DNA of 58,502 nt. It comes from Spirochaetales bacterium. Its GTDB lineage: Bacteria > Spirochaetota > Spirochaetia > JAFGDJ01. Shown here one piece after another: positions 44,836 through 54,222 of this stretch (position 1 is its first letter; each line of letters starts with the position of its first letter). The stretch spans positions 1 through 58,502 of the forward strand of contig JAFGDJ010000137.1 in NCBI GenBank assembly GCA_016932135.1, read 5' to 3'. The notes below the pieces were generated by a model. The model saw only the letters and a program-made list of their open reading frames with translations. It was not told where the DNA came from and searched no databases. The translations under genes were made by a program, and so were the position numbers.

Positions 44836-46800
44836 ATGAAAGACCGTATCACCTTAATAAAACTTGTTCCTCTTCTGGCCGTGGTGCTCTTTATCGGTCT
44901 CGCACCCCTGGGAAACGGCATCTTTACCTCCTTTTTCCACGATATCTACGGTCAACGAAGTTTCGCCGGCTTGGAGAACTACCGAAGGATCTTTACCGAC
45001 CAGGCTTTCGGTATGACCATGTCCATTACGGTGCTCTGGGCTTTTCTCAATACTGCTCTGGCCCTCCTGGTGGGCTTTGTCGCCGCCGTCATCCTGGCCG
45101 GAAAAACCCGAGCTCTACCGAAAATTCTCTACGGGGCTCTCCTGGTTCCCTGGGGCATTCCCATTTACATTGCCGTTCCTCTTTGGCGGGCTGTGATCCA
45201 CGGCAGCGGAGGAGCTTCCATCCTTACCCATCTGTTCGGTTTAAGGATCAACCTGCTGCTGCAGCCCCTGGCAGCATTTATCTCCGCCCTGGTCGTAAGC
45301 CTCTGGATGACTGTTCCTTTGACGGCTTTTGTCTTTCTCGGTTCTTTAAAAAAGGTCCCCGGCACGGTTCTGGAAGCAGCCACATTGGACGGTGCAGGCC
45401 GGGGCATTATCGCCCGGTATATCTTTCTGCCCCATATCCGGGAAAGCATCATGGTTATGGCGGTGCTGAATTTTCTCAAGAGTTTTAAAGAATTTTCCCT
45501 GGTTTTTCTCATGACTGCCGGAGGACCACCCCTCCTTTCAGGAATCACCGATACCTATGTGGTAGGGGCAACCACTACCACGGGGATGTACCTTTACGAT
45601 TTGTTCAACGGCACCGATGATTTCGGTATTCCCGCCGCGTATTCCGTGATCGTAGCCGCGGTGGTCCTGGGAATCATGTCCCTATGGCTCATGATGCGCA
45701 GCGGGAAAAAGCACTACAGAAAAATGAAGATTCTCACCCTGATCGTACAGCTCCTTTTCGGAGGACTCCCGGGGCTTCCCTGGGCCGCGGGGTACGCTCT
45801 TTCATTAAAGAAGGACGCCCTCTTTCCCCTCCTGGTGCTACTGCAGGTCCTCCGGGTGCCGGGGGGGCTCTTCTTTCAAAACTTCTTTGAAGCATTCCAA
45901 CCCGCCCTGATACCTGCTCTCTTCGCTTTGTATCTCCGAAAACGCTCTGAAATGCCGATCGGGAAAATTCGAGACCTCAAAGGTCTTCCCTGGAAATTCT
46001 CCGCCGGTTTTGTCACGGGTTTTTTTGTCCTGGCATCTCTCCTGGTACTGTACCTTCTGCTATGGATGAGTTTTTCCGCCGTGGATGCCGTTCATTTTGA
46101 TTCCCTCTTCCCGGAATATCTATCGGGGTTCTCCTACCGCAGAATTTTCGCAGAGGAAGGAATCCTCCGCTATTTTCTGAATACCCTGCTGGTTTCCGGT
46201 ATTACCGGCCTGATTATCCCCTGTATCGCTTTTCCCGCGGCGAGTTTCCTTTCATCGGCGGGGAAAAAGTTCTCCGGCGGGTTTCTTACCTTCATCCAGA
46301 TCCTGGGTATCTCCGGGGGCATGCACGCCCTGATACCCCTGTATTATATCTTCTCCCGTTTGCACCTCATCGACTCATACCTGCCCCTGGTGCTGATTTA
46401 TCTCGATCACGCCGTTCCCTTTTCCCTTTTCACCATGACCGAGTACCTGCGTACCTTTCCCGAGGGGTTGAAGGAAACAGCAAAGCTGGAAGGCATGGGC
46501 CCCTTCTCCTATATGTGGAAGATTCTCCTACCCCTTTCCATACCGGTGGTGGTAACCTCGGTCATGGTGGCGTTTCTCGGAGCATGGAACGGTTTTATGC
46601 CCCCCCTGCTCTTTCTCAACGACGATACCCGGTATACCATCAGTGTAAAATTGTACACCTTTATCGGCAGCATCGCCTCAGGAGCCCCCAAGTGGGGACT
46701 CTTTTCCGCCGCTTCGGTGATTAACTGCCTCTTTATCGGATTACTTTTCGCCCGGTTTCGCCGGCCTCTGGGATCTACCGCCCTGGAAGACTACGAATAA
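44836..46800 (+). CDS. fused two-domain ABC transporter permease (MalF-like + MalG-like in one polypeptide)
   Basis: 654 aa with two EAA-loop motifs: LEAATLDGAGRGIIARYIFLPHI in the first half and KETAKLEGMGPFSYMWKILLPL in the second. Confidence 0.8.
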   Translation: MKDRITLIKLVPLLAVVLFIGLAPLGNGIFTSFFHDIYGQRSFAGLENYRRIFTDQAFGMTMSITVLWAFLNTALALLVGFVAAVILAGKTRALPKILYGALLVPWGIPIYIAVPLWRAVIHGSGGASILTHLFGLRINLLLQPLAAFISALVVSLWMTVPLTAFVFLGSLKKVPGTVLEAATLDGAGRGIIARYIFLPHIRESIMVMAVLNFLKSFKEFSLVFLMTAGGPPLLSGITDTYVVGATTTTGMYLYDLFNGTDDFGIPAAYSVIVAAVVLGIMSLWLMMRSGKKHYRKMKILTLIVQLLFGGLPGLPWAAGYALSLKKDALFPLLVLLQVLRVPGGLFFQNFFEAFQPALIPALFALYLRKRSEMPIGKIRDLKGLPWKFSAGFVTGFFVLASLLVLYLLLWMSFSAVDAVHFDSLFPEYLSGFSYRRIFAEEGILRYFLNTLLVSGITGLIIPCIAFPAASFLSSAGKKFSGGFLTFIQILGISGGMHALIPLYYIFSRLHLIDSYLPLVLIYLDHAVPFSLFTMTEYLRTFPEGLKETAKLEGMGPFSYMWKILLPLSIPVVVTSVMVAFLGAWNGFMPPLLFLNDDTRYTISVKLYTFIGSIASGAPKWGLFSAASVINCLFIGLLFARFRRPLGSTALEDYE

Positions 46801-46839
46801 ATGATAGTGTCCGCGATCGTGGGGATGAAAATACAGTAA

Positions 46840-47382
46840 CTAGGAGTACCTCTGTCCCCCAGCCATGATCCGTTCGGTCAGAAAACCCATCAATGCCGCT
46901 GCGATGACGGTTAAGGCGAGCCGGGTAAAGGTAAAGGCAGGTCCCATAAAGGTGAACTCCATCATTTCCTGGGGAAGTTTTATACAGGCCCAGGCGGTTA
47001 GAAAGACGATGATATTCGCCCGGCGGGCGCCCTTGGCGAGAAGAGCCGCCGCCACGGGAAAGGCGACATACAAAGGCCCGGCGGGAAGCATCCCCAACCC
47101 CAACGAAAGAAGAAATCCTTTAAACCCTGAGGACTCTCCCAGGTGTTTTGTGATGAGTTCTTTCGGCACAAAGACCGAAAAGAGCCCTATCATTACCGTA
47201 ATTGCCGGAAGAATGATAAGCATCTCCAAGAAAAACTTCCAGGAAGCCTCTAAAAAGGCTTGCCGGCGATCCGGCAGTACCAGGGCCAGAATAACCGCTG
47301 CAGCCGCCGTTACCAGGAGGGCCGCCACCCGGCCTTTCGAGAAGGTCTTCTTTTGTATATCCTTCTTTTCCATATCTCTCAC
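46840..47382 (-). CDS. small multi-pass permease subunit (split two-subunit permease)
   Basis: 180 aa, about 5 TMs, 4-nt overlap with the upstream partner. By recollection it resembles the split permease pairs found next to PadR regulators. Confidence 0.6.
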   Translation of the reverse strand: MRDMEKKDIQKKTFSKGRVAALLVTAAAAVILALVLPDRRQAFLEASWKFFLEMLIILPAITVMIGLFSVFVPKELITKHLGESSGFKGFLLSLGLGMLPAGPLYVAFPVAAALLAKGARRANIIVFLTAWACIKLPQEMMEFTFMGPAFTFTRLALTVIAAALMGFLTERIMAGGQRYS

Positions 47383-47861
47383 AGCAGGGCCCCCATAACC
47401 ATTGCGATCATCAGGGCAAAAATAAAACCGAAAACATTGCGATACAGGGTCATCTTCTTACCCAAGACCTTCAGTTCCACCGGCAGGCTCACTATTCCAA
47501 TCATGGTAAGGCTGGTAATGAAGGCCGCCACCGAGGACAGGGCCGCGCCGCTTTCCAACAAGGACCCCGCCAGGGGAAAGGCTAATATTGAGGGGATGAA
47601 CATAATCGCGCCGAAGGTGGCGGACAGCAGGATTCCCCGAAAGCCGCTTTCTCCTCCGACTACCCGGGCAATAAACTCCCGTGGGATGAAGCCCAGGATG
47701 ATTCCGATGAGAATCACGATAATCAACACCCTAGGCGCCATACCGATAAAGGCATGCCAGGCAGCTTTGAGAGCCTGCAGCGCTTTTCTTCGGTTTACAA
47801 TCCCGGCGACTATCAAACCCGTAACCGCTAATCCGTTCATTACCAGGGCGGTCACACTCAT
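47379..47861 (-). CDS. small multi-pass permease subunit (partner of 46840-47382)
   Basis: 160 aa, about 5 TMs, 4-nt overlaps on both sides. Confidence 0.6.
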   Translation of the reverse strand: MSVTALVMNGLAVTGLIVAGIVNRRKALQALKAAWHAFIGMAPRVLIIVILIGIILGFIPREFIARVVGGESGFRGILLSATFGAIMFIPSILAFPLAGSLLESGAALSSVAAFITSLTMIGIVSLPVELKVLGKKMTLYRNVFGFIFALMIAMVMGALL

Positions 47862-48286
47862 TCCGGTTGTACTCCTCTGCTTTCTTGCTTCCCCTCATAC
47901 CTGTCCAGAAACTTACTGAGCATGGCAATTCTTTCCACGATGATCTTTCTCCAGTCCCCCAACAGTTCCCTTCCCGCCGGGGTGAGGGAATAGACTTTTC
48001 TGGCAGGGCCACCCTGCCCCGGTACGAGGTGAGATTCTGTATACCCGCCTATTTCCAGTTCTCTCAGCATTCGGTAGATCACCGCGGCGTCGGGAACCGT
48101 TTCCGACGGCAGTTCATCTTCCAGCAGCTTTGCCAGGTCGTACCCATGCCTCGATTCTTCCTGTAAAAGGAGGAGCAGCATGGCCTGGATAAACCCGTGA
48201 ATCCTCGGTTCATGAAGAAGGCAACATTTACCGTCAGCGGACGCGCGTTTTCTGCCGCAAGGTTCTCTGTTCATATCTAAAAACAT
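47858..48286 (-). CDS. PadR-family transcriptional regulator with Cys-containing N-terminal extension
   Basis: Winged-helix core LLLLLQEESRHGYDLAKLLEDE...YRMLRELEIGGY. The N-terminal ~25 aa contain CGRKRASADGKCC. Confidence 0.8.
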   Translation of the reverse strand: MFLDMNREPCGRKRASADGKCCLLHEPRIHGFIQAMLLLLLQEESRHGYDLAKLLEDELPSETVPDAAVIYRMLRELEIGGYTESHLVPGQGGPARKVYSLTPAGRELLGDWRKIIVERIAMLSKFLDRYEGKQESRGVQPE

Positions 48287-48326
48287 TATATTATTAGTGA
48301 TATTATGTCAATAGTTAAATCTTAGC

Positions 48327-48355
48327 TTGACTCCCCTGACCTGTTCTTCTATGAT
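48327..48355 (+). promoter_or_regulatory. candidate sigma70-type promoter immediately upstream of the GGDEF-EAL gene
   Basis: TTGACT (48327-48332) - 17 nt - TATGAT (48350-48355). The ATG at 48364 lies only 8 nt past the -10 and has no SD. Confidence 0.35.
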
Positions 48356-48363
48356 TAAATGAA

Positions 48364-50703
48364 ATGTTAACAACGGAAAAAAAGCAATTTCTTGAAGAAA
48401 GTTTTTCTGTTATTGAAGAGCGACTTAACTCCTTTTCTCAGTCCTTGCAGATTTATAAAACTATGGTTGAAGCAGGTCCTCCGGTTTCACGGCGAAAAGA
48501 CCTGCAGGAACAAAAAGACAACCCTGAGGATCACACCGACGTTTCTTTATTCGATGGAATATTGCAGGAGATCATCCGGGAAAGCAGTTTTGAAATAAAT
48601 TCCGGCACTGAAGAAGAAGCGAATTACACGATAATATTGGAAAACACCTCCGACGCGGTACTGGAGATGGATACCCACGGGGTCATTCAAAGGGTCAATC
48701 CGGCCGGCGCCAAATTATTTGACTCGGGAGAAGAAAAGCTCCTGGGAACTTCTTTCGTTTCCCTGGTTATGCCTGATTATCGGGAAGGTTTTCGAAAGGG
48801 AATGGAACAGGCCGCCGCGATTCACCGGGATAACAACCACGTTACGACCGATGATATTCTCGTATTCCGCGCCCTGGGCGCCCAGGGCGGACCTCTTTCC
48901 ATGGAAGGCATCTTTTACTCATACATGAAAGATGGCTTCGTGGTTCTGGTACTGTTGATGCGGGATTTGAATTTCAGCCGCAGGCTGTACGATGAACTTC
49001 GTGAAGCCCGGGATCATTACAACGCCCTATCCGAAACCATCAGTGAAACCATTATCCGGCTCGATGATAACTTCAACATCATTTTCGCCAATTCCGCCGT
49101 TCAAAAGACCTTTGGGTTCAGCCGGGACGAGGTCAGCGGTCAGCATTTCAGCATGCTGTTTCCCCCGGGGGGGTTCCAACGGAACCAGGATACTTTTCGA
49201 AAATATTTCTTTGTCGACGATCAGCACAGGAAAGATCTCGGCCTGGACATCACGATAGAAATGCTTGGTAAGAGCAAACACCGGGGCTTATTCCCCCTGG
49301 AGATGTCCTTCGGCAACTCCAAGGAATTCAACGGCCGGACCATGACCTGTATCCTCCGGGATATTACTCAGAGAAAACACAACGAGCGAAGACTTCGTCA
49401 CCTGGCCTACCATGATAAACTTACCGGCCTGGGAAACCGTGATTTGTTCAACAGCGACCTTCAGGCACTACTGCAGGGACTGAAGGAGCACCCTGAAGAT
49501 CTCTACAGCCTTTTATTCCTGGATCTGGACGGATTCAAACAGGTAAACGACACCCTAGGCCATAAAGCCGGCGATGCCCTCTTGGTGGAAACAGCCAAAC
49601 GCCTTCGAAACACCGTCAGGGAAACCGATGCGGTCTACCGATTCGGCGGCGATGAGTTTGTCGTCCTTTTACATACCCTGCAGGAAAAAGATAACGCCGC
49701 CATGATCGGAGGAAAACTTCTGGCGTCGGTTCAAGAGCCTTACCTGATAGACCTGGAAAAGGATTCTACCAGGGTCAATGTGGGTGTCAGTATCGGCGCA
49801 GCCATAATTCCCACGGACGGTGAGTACGCCGACATCATTACCAAGCATGCCGATCTGGCCATGTACAGCGCCAAGAGCGCGGGGAAAAACACCTTTGTCT
49901 TCTATTCCCGCGAGATGGATAAAAGAGCAATGGAACGGTGGGACCTGGAACAAGGCTTGAAGAACGGGCTCTCTAACGGAGATTTTACCTTGTATTATCA
50001 GCCCGTGGTGGATAAAAACGGTACAATTCTCGGAGTGGAGTCTTTAATCCGATGGCCCAGGGGAGACAGGGGATTTGTGTCCCCCTCCACCTTTATTCCC
50101 GCCGCCGAGGAAACCGGTCTCATTATCCCTTTAAGCAACTGGGTTCTGGATACCGCCTGCAGAAAAATACATTATATCAATTCCCAGGGCTACAGGGATC
50201 TTTTTGTTTCCGTCAATATTTCGCCTAAACAATTCGAGCATCCGGGTTTTCTCGAAAATACTATTGAAATTATTGATAAAACGGTTATTCAACCGAAGAA
50301 CCTGAAACTTGAATTAACGGAAACTTGTATCATGAGTAATCCGGAATCGGCCATTGAAAAAATGCACATTCTAAAGAATCGGTATCCCGGGCTGTCCATC
50401 GCCATCGACGACTTCGGCACAGGGTATTCCTCCTTGAGCTATCTTTCCCGTTTCCCGGCGGATATCATAAAAATTGATCTTTCCTTTGTAACGAAACTCT
50501 TTCAGGGGTCCAATCAAAAAATCGTCAACGCCATCTTAAACCTGGCAAAAAGTCTCAATATGCAGGTAGTAGCCGAAGGAGTTGAAACAAAACAGCAGCT
50601 TGATTTTTTTATAACTCAAAAATGCGGTTTATTGCAGGGATTTTTCTTTCACAAACCCCTGGACTTTGAGGATCTTCGTAAGGTTTTATCGGAAAAAGCG
50701 TAA
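48364..50703 (+). CDS. PAS-PAS-GGDEF-EAL signalling protein (diguanylate cyclase / c-di-GMP phosphodiesterase)
   Basis: RFGGDEFVV GGDEF motif. EAL-domain motifs ESLIRW, ELTE, DDFGTGYSS, KIDLSF, EGVET, QGFFF. Confidence 0.9.
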   Translation: MLTTEKKQFLEESFSVIEERLNSFSQSLQIYKTMVEAGPPVSRRKDLQEQKDNPEDHTDVSLFDGILQEIIRESSFEINSGTEEEANYTIILENTSDAVLEMDTHGVIQRVNPAGAKLFDSGEEKLLGTSFVSLVMPDYREGFRKGMEQAAAIHRDNNHVTTDDILVFRALGAQGGPLSMEGIFYSYMKDGFVVLVLLMRDLNFSRRLYDELREARDHYNALSETISETIIRLDDNFNIIFANSAVQKTFGFSRDEVSGQHFSMLFPPGGFQRNQDTFRKYFFVDDQHRKDLGLDITIEMLGKSKHRGLFPLEMSFGNSKEFNGRTMTCILRDITQRKHNERRLRHLAYHDKLTGLGNRDLFNSDLQALLQGLKEHPEDLYSLLFLDLDGFKQVNDTLGHKAGDALLVETAKRLRNTVRETDAVYRFGGDEFVVLLHTLQEKDNAAMIGGKLLASVQEPYLIDLEKDSTRVNVGVSIGAAIIPTDGEYADIITKHADLAMYSAKSAGKNTFVFYSREMDKRAMERWDLEQGLKNGLSNGDFTLYYQPVVDKNGTILGVESLIRWPRGDRGFVSPSTFIPAAEETGLIIPLSNWVLDTACRKIHYINSQGYRDLFVSVNISPKQFEHPGFLENTIEIIDKTVIQPKNLKLELTETCIMSNPESAIEKMHILKNRYPGLSIAIDDFGTGYSSLSYLSRFPADIIKIDLSFVTKLFQGSNQKIVNAILNLAKSLNMQVVAEGVETKQQLDFFITQKCGLLQGFFFHKPLDFEDLRKVLSEKA

Positions 50704-50732
50704 AAAGTTTTAATAAAGAATGGAGGACCGGC

Positions 50733-51023
50733 ATGTTAGAAAACCATGATCTGTTAAAGGAGTACCGAAAAAGCATTGATAATATCGACGCTGCTTTAGT
50801 GTTTCTTCTGGCCGAACGTTTCAGAATTACCAGAAAGGTGGGGTTCTATAAAAAAGAGCACGATCTGCCTCCCGGGGACCCGGAGAGGGAGGAACAGCAG
50901 ATTGCTCGACTAAAGGAACTCTCGAAAACAGCGGACTTAGATCCGGAATTCAGCCGGAAATTTTTGAAATTTATCACCGAAGAGGTTATTCGGCACCACC
51001 AACGGATTCGGGATTATTCTTAA
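50733..51023 (+). CDS. chorismate mutase, monofunctional AroQ class
   Basis: 96 aa; LKEYRKSIDNIDAALVFLLAERFRITRKVGFYK...DPEREEQ. Confidence 0.8.
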   Translation: MLENHDLLKEYRKSIDNIDAALVFLLAERFRITRKVGFYKKEHDLPPGDPEREEQQIARLKELSKTADLDPEFSRKFLKFITEEVIRHHQRIRDYS

Positions 51024-52425
51024 GCGGATTTTTCGCCGGCCGATGTTCCATGGTAAGGCTGAGAAAGATACCCACCAGAATCGCCCAGCTGGCTCCGTAG
51101 AAAGCCAGGACCACTCCGATCAATCCGGCGACCGTGCGTTTCATCCGGTCATTGGCAATCTTGAAACCCAGGGAAAACCCGGCGAAGCCCTGTAAAACCA
51201 TCAGAATACAAAGAATGGGCACCCGGAAAGGTAGAATGAAGGTTACCAGGGGTAAGAAAGTCATCATAATCACCCTCATGATATTGAAGGAAGCTGCTCC
51301 GCCGATGAGGGTATACATGGAATCCTTGCCCTGCTCATAGCGCCGGGCTATAACCATGGTCATGGCCGCCCAGTTCGGTCCCGCCAGGCCGCCGTTCGGA
51401 GCTATCAAAGCATGGATGATATTTCGAATTCCCGTTATCAGGTTCAAACGACCGGTACTGAAACCAATCTCTTCATCGGGTCGGCATTTCGCCGCGTCTT
51501 CCACGGTTTCCGCCGCTAAAACGGTTTCACCAAAGGCCATAATATAGGCAGCCAGGGCGATGGGGACAGAACTTACAAACATTTCCAGCTTCGGCATACC
51601 CAGAGAAAACAGCGACCATTCCCGAATGACGTGTCCAAACTGAGGCAGAAAAAAACCGAACTGGATTCCCGTAAGCTTTGCTTCACCGGTAACAAAGGCG
51701 AGAAACATAACCAATAACAGACTGGGGACGATGCCGTAGCGGGACAGCTTGGCGAGAAACCCTGAAGGGCGCTCCTTAATTCTGCTGGAGACTCGATCGG
51801 AGTAGATCAGAAAGAGTACCAGCGGAACGCCGATAACCAGCACATAGAAGTAGTCCTTAAAAAGGAGTCCCGCGGGGGTTATTCCGTACTCTCCCATTAA
51901 AACGCTCAAGGCAGCCCCGATGATTAAACCGGCTTTCAAGGATTCCGGGACAATCTTCATCATCTTGTTGGCCATACCGGAGAGGCCGAAGATAATGAAG
52001 ATAAGGCCGACTACCAGTTGAAGAGCGATATAGGCCTGCAGGCGTTCCGGTCCCGCCGGATAACGAGCTATAAAGGTCATAATCAGGGGCACCGCCGGGG
52101 TAAGCCAACCTGAAATGGTGGTGTCCCCCAGGAACTGATGCAGGTAGTAACCCAGCTGCTGGACAATGATAATAGTCAGAGCCGCCTCATAGGGAATGCC
52201 GAAAAGATCCTCCAGCAGGGCGACCAGCCCCAGACCCGTAGCCGTCATGATGATTCCCTGAAACAGTTCCGACAGTTCTAAAGGATGATGGACCAGGGGA
52301 AGACGCAGGATAAAGGGTCCCATTTTGATACCCGGCTGCACCTGCCCGTAACGCCGCCGGGCTGTTTTGAACATCAGGGTGCGTTTCCTCGGCGTTACCC
52401 AGGTTTCTTCCCCGGTCTTTTTCAT
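50986..52425 (-). CDS. uncharacterised multi-pass membrane transporter-like protein
   Basis: ~479 aa with at least 10 predicted TM segments. ATG 52425 lies 1 nt after the aroA TAA stop (TAAtATG). The 3' end overlaps the convergent chorismate mutase gene by 38 nt. Confidence 0.65.
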   Translation of the reverse strand: MKKTGEETWVTPRKRTLMFKTARRRYGQVQPGIKMGPFILRLPLVHHPLELSELFQGIIMTATGLGLVALLEDLFGIPYEAALTIIIVQQLGYYLHQFLGDTTISGWLTPAVPLIMTFIARYPAGPERLQAYIALQLVVGLIFIIFGLSGMANKMMKIVPESLKAGLIIGAALSVLMGEYGITPAGLLFKDYFYVLVIGVPLVLFLIYSDRVSSRIKERPSGFLAKLSRYGIVPSLLLVMFLAFVTGEAKLTGIQFGFFLPQFGHVIREWSLFSLGMPKLEMFVSSVPIALAAYIMAFGETVLAAETVEDAAKCRPDEEIGFSTGRLNLITGIRNIIHALIAPNGGLAGPNWAAMTMVIARRYEQGKDSMYTLIGGAASFNIMRVIMMTFLPLVTFILPFRVPILCILMVLQGFAGFSLGFKIANDRMKRTVAGLIGVVLAFYGASWAILVGIFLSLTMEHRPAKNPLKNNPESVGGAE

Positions 52426-52426
52426 A

Positions 52427-53725
52427 TTAGGCTTCAACTCCGTCTTCCAGGTATTCTACCTCCGCCCCCAGGGAAGCCAAGGAAGTATCGAACCCAGGAT
52501 AGGATATGGCGGCCGACTCCACCCGGTCCACCAGGGTAGTACCATCAGCGATCAGACCGGCAATACACATGGCCATGGCAATCCGGTGATCGGCGTAACT
52601 GTTTACCGCGCAGCCTTGCAGCCTGCTGTGACGAATGATTAATTCTTTTTCCGTCAGCTCAAGAGATCCGCCCATCTTGGCCAGCTCTTTCTGCATCATC
52701 AGCGGACGGTCCGTCTCCTTGAGTCGCGAACTTTCGATATTGATAAGACGGGTTTCTCCTTCGGCAAAACATCCGAGAACAGAGAGAATGGGCACCGAAT
52801 CAGGGGTGGGTGAACAATCAATCACCCTCCCCTGGAGCTTTCGTCCTCCATTAACGCGTATTCCGTCAAGGCCATGGTTCAAAACCTCAATATCCGCTCC
52901 CATATCTTTCAGGACATCGATAAGGATCTTGTCTCCCTGCACATCCTGGGTATCCAGACCACGGAGGGTAACGGAGGAATCGGTGACAGCGGAGCCGATA
53001 AGCATAAACGCGCCGGAACTAAAATCTGCCGGCACGGGTTTGTCGAAATTGGCATAAGTCTGACCGCTTTTTACGAAGTACCGGTTGAAGTCCTCCTGGA
53101 CATCTACCTCTACTCCCAGGGAACGCATCCACTGAAGGGTCATCTCAATGTAGGGAATCTCGTTGGCTCGGTCCACCATGATCTCGCTGTCTTTCTCCGC
53201 CAAGGTGGCCGCCAGAATTGTTGTACTGACGTACTGGGAGACAATACCGTCTACAAAGGTTTTTCCGCCTTTTAAAGGACCTCTCACCATAAAGGGCGCG
53301 CTGCCGTTTCCCCGGAGAGTAAACGCTTCAGCGCCCAGAAGCATGAGGGCATTCAGTACCGGTTGGGCGGGCCGCCGGCGAATCTGTTCATCCCCGGTCA
53401 CCACGCACCGACCGTTGAGGGAAGCCAGCATGGCGGACCCCATATACATGGAAGTTCCGGAATTACCCACATCCAGGACATCCTCCGGCAGGCTGAGCTT
53501 ACCGCCTTCCACCGTCCAATAATCGTCCCGGCTCATATCCAGGGGAACACCCAGAGCCCTGATAATTCCCGCCGCTGAGAGGGAATCCTTTGACCGCACG
53601 GGGTTGCGAATGATCGACTTTCCTCTTCCCAGGGCACCGAAATAGAGAGCCCTGATCATGTGAGATTTGGAACCGGGTATCCACACCTCACCCGTCATTG
53701 CGCTTTTCTTTACTCTTGCCAGCAT
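52427..53725 (-). CDS. aroA: 3-phosphoshikimate 1-carboxyvinyltransferase (EPSP synthase)
   Basis: IPGSKSHMIRAL, GNSGTSMY, DHRIAMAM motifs; 432 aa. Confidence 0.92.
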   Translation of the reverse strand: MLARVKKSAMTGEVWIPGSKSHMIRALYFGALGRGKSIIRNPVRSKDSLSAAGIIRALGVPLDMSRDDYWTVEGGKLSLPEDVLDVGNSGTSMYMGSAMLASLNGRCVVTGDEQIRRRPAQPVLNALMLLGAEAFTLRGNGSAPFMVRGPLKGGKTFVDGIVSQYVSTTILAATLAEKDSEIMVDRANEIPYIEMTLQWMRSLGVEVDVQEDFNRYFVKSGQTYANFDKPVPADFSSGAFMLIGSAVTDSSVTLRGLDTQDVQGDKILIDVLKDMGADIEVLNHGLDGIRVNGGRKLQGRVIDCSPTPDSVPILSVLGCFAEGETRLINIESSRLKETDRPLMMQKELAKMGGSLELTEKELIIRHSRLQGCAVNSYADHRIAMAMCIAGLIADGTTLVDRVESAAISYPGFDTSLASLGAEVEYLEDGVEA

Positions 53726-53766
53726 GTTTCTGCTCCTGGAATAATGAAGATACTATTCGTTACGTT

Positions 53767-54195
53767 TTACGGTAATCGTACATTTAAGAGATAGCGAAAG
53801 AGAAAAAAAGTACCGAAAGTGGTAAGCAGCGCCACCAGGGGAATCTTCCAATAAAACCGCCTGTATAAATAGAGCATGGAGCCGCAGAGAAAGAGCAGGG
53901 TCGACGGTATAAAGCCGATGATCACCAGAAGCCCCAGATAAGCCAGGAACAACCCCAGGGTTATCAGCAAACTGCGTTTTCCCTCTTCTTCTCGTTGAAC
54001 CTCCGCCCCCCTGCTGCGGTACAGTTGTATCAGCCGCACAACACCGAGAATGACCGTCAAGGCGGTAACAACACCGGGAAAGAGTCCAGGACTTAAGGCA
54101 ATCGGCCCCATGGTCGGCAGCGTAAGGCTGTAGACCAGCCCCGCTGCACCGATAAGAAGCAACACGATGGTAAAACCCAGTTCCTTTCTGTCCAT
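53767..54195 (-). CDS. tctB: tripartite tricarboxylate transporter small membrane subunit TctB
   Basis: 142 aa with 4 TMs, immediately downstream of tctC. Assignment is largely contextual. Confidence 0.7.
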   Translation of the reverse strand: MDRKELGFTIVLLLIGAAGLVYSLTLPTMGPIALSPGLFPGVVTALTVILGVVRLIQLYRSRGAEVQREEEGKRSLLITLGLFLAYLGLLVIIGFIPSTLLFLCGSMLYLYRRFYWKIPLVALLTTFGTFFLFRYLLNVRLP

Positions 54196-54222
54196 GGATC
54201 TCTCTCCCTTCGTTACTAAGGT

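Noticed and set aside
46848-46860. Partial matches GACAGAGGT elsewhere (minus-orientation at 1039-1047, 31973-31983, 35001-35010, 36307-36315, 46848-46860; plus at 35231-40)
   Set aside because: They share only 8-11 nt of the core and then diverge (GGT instead of GGAA). They are scattered through unrelated core genes in different frames. This is somewhat more frequent than I would expect for a 9-mer, but it could reflect codon and oligonucleotide bias. It needs genome-wide statistics before any claim.
48284-48312. Imperfect inverted repeat ACATTATATTA / TGATATTATGT near the PadR start as a PadR operator
   Set aside because: Only 9 of 11 positions pair, the region is AT-rich, and the repeat overlaps the PadR start codon. 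The evidence is too weak to call.
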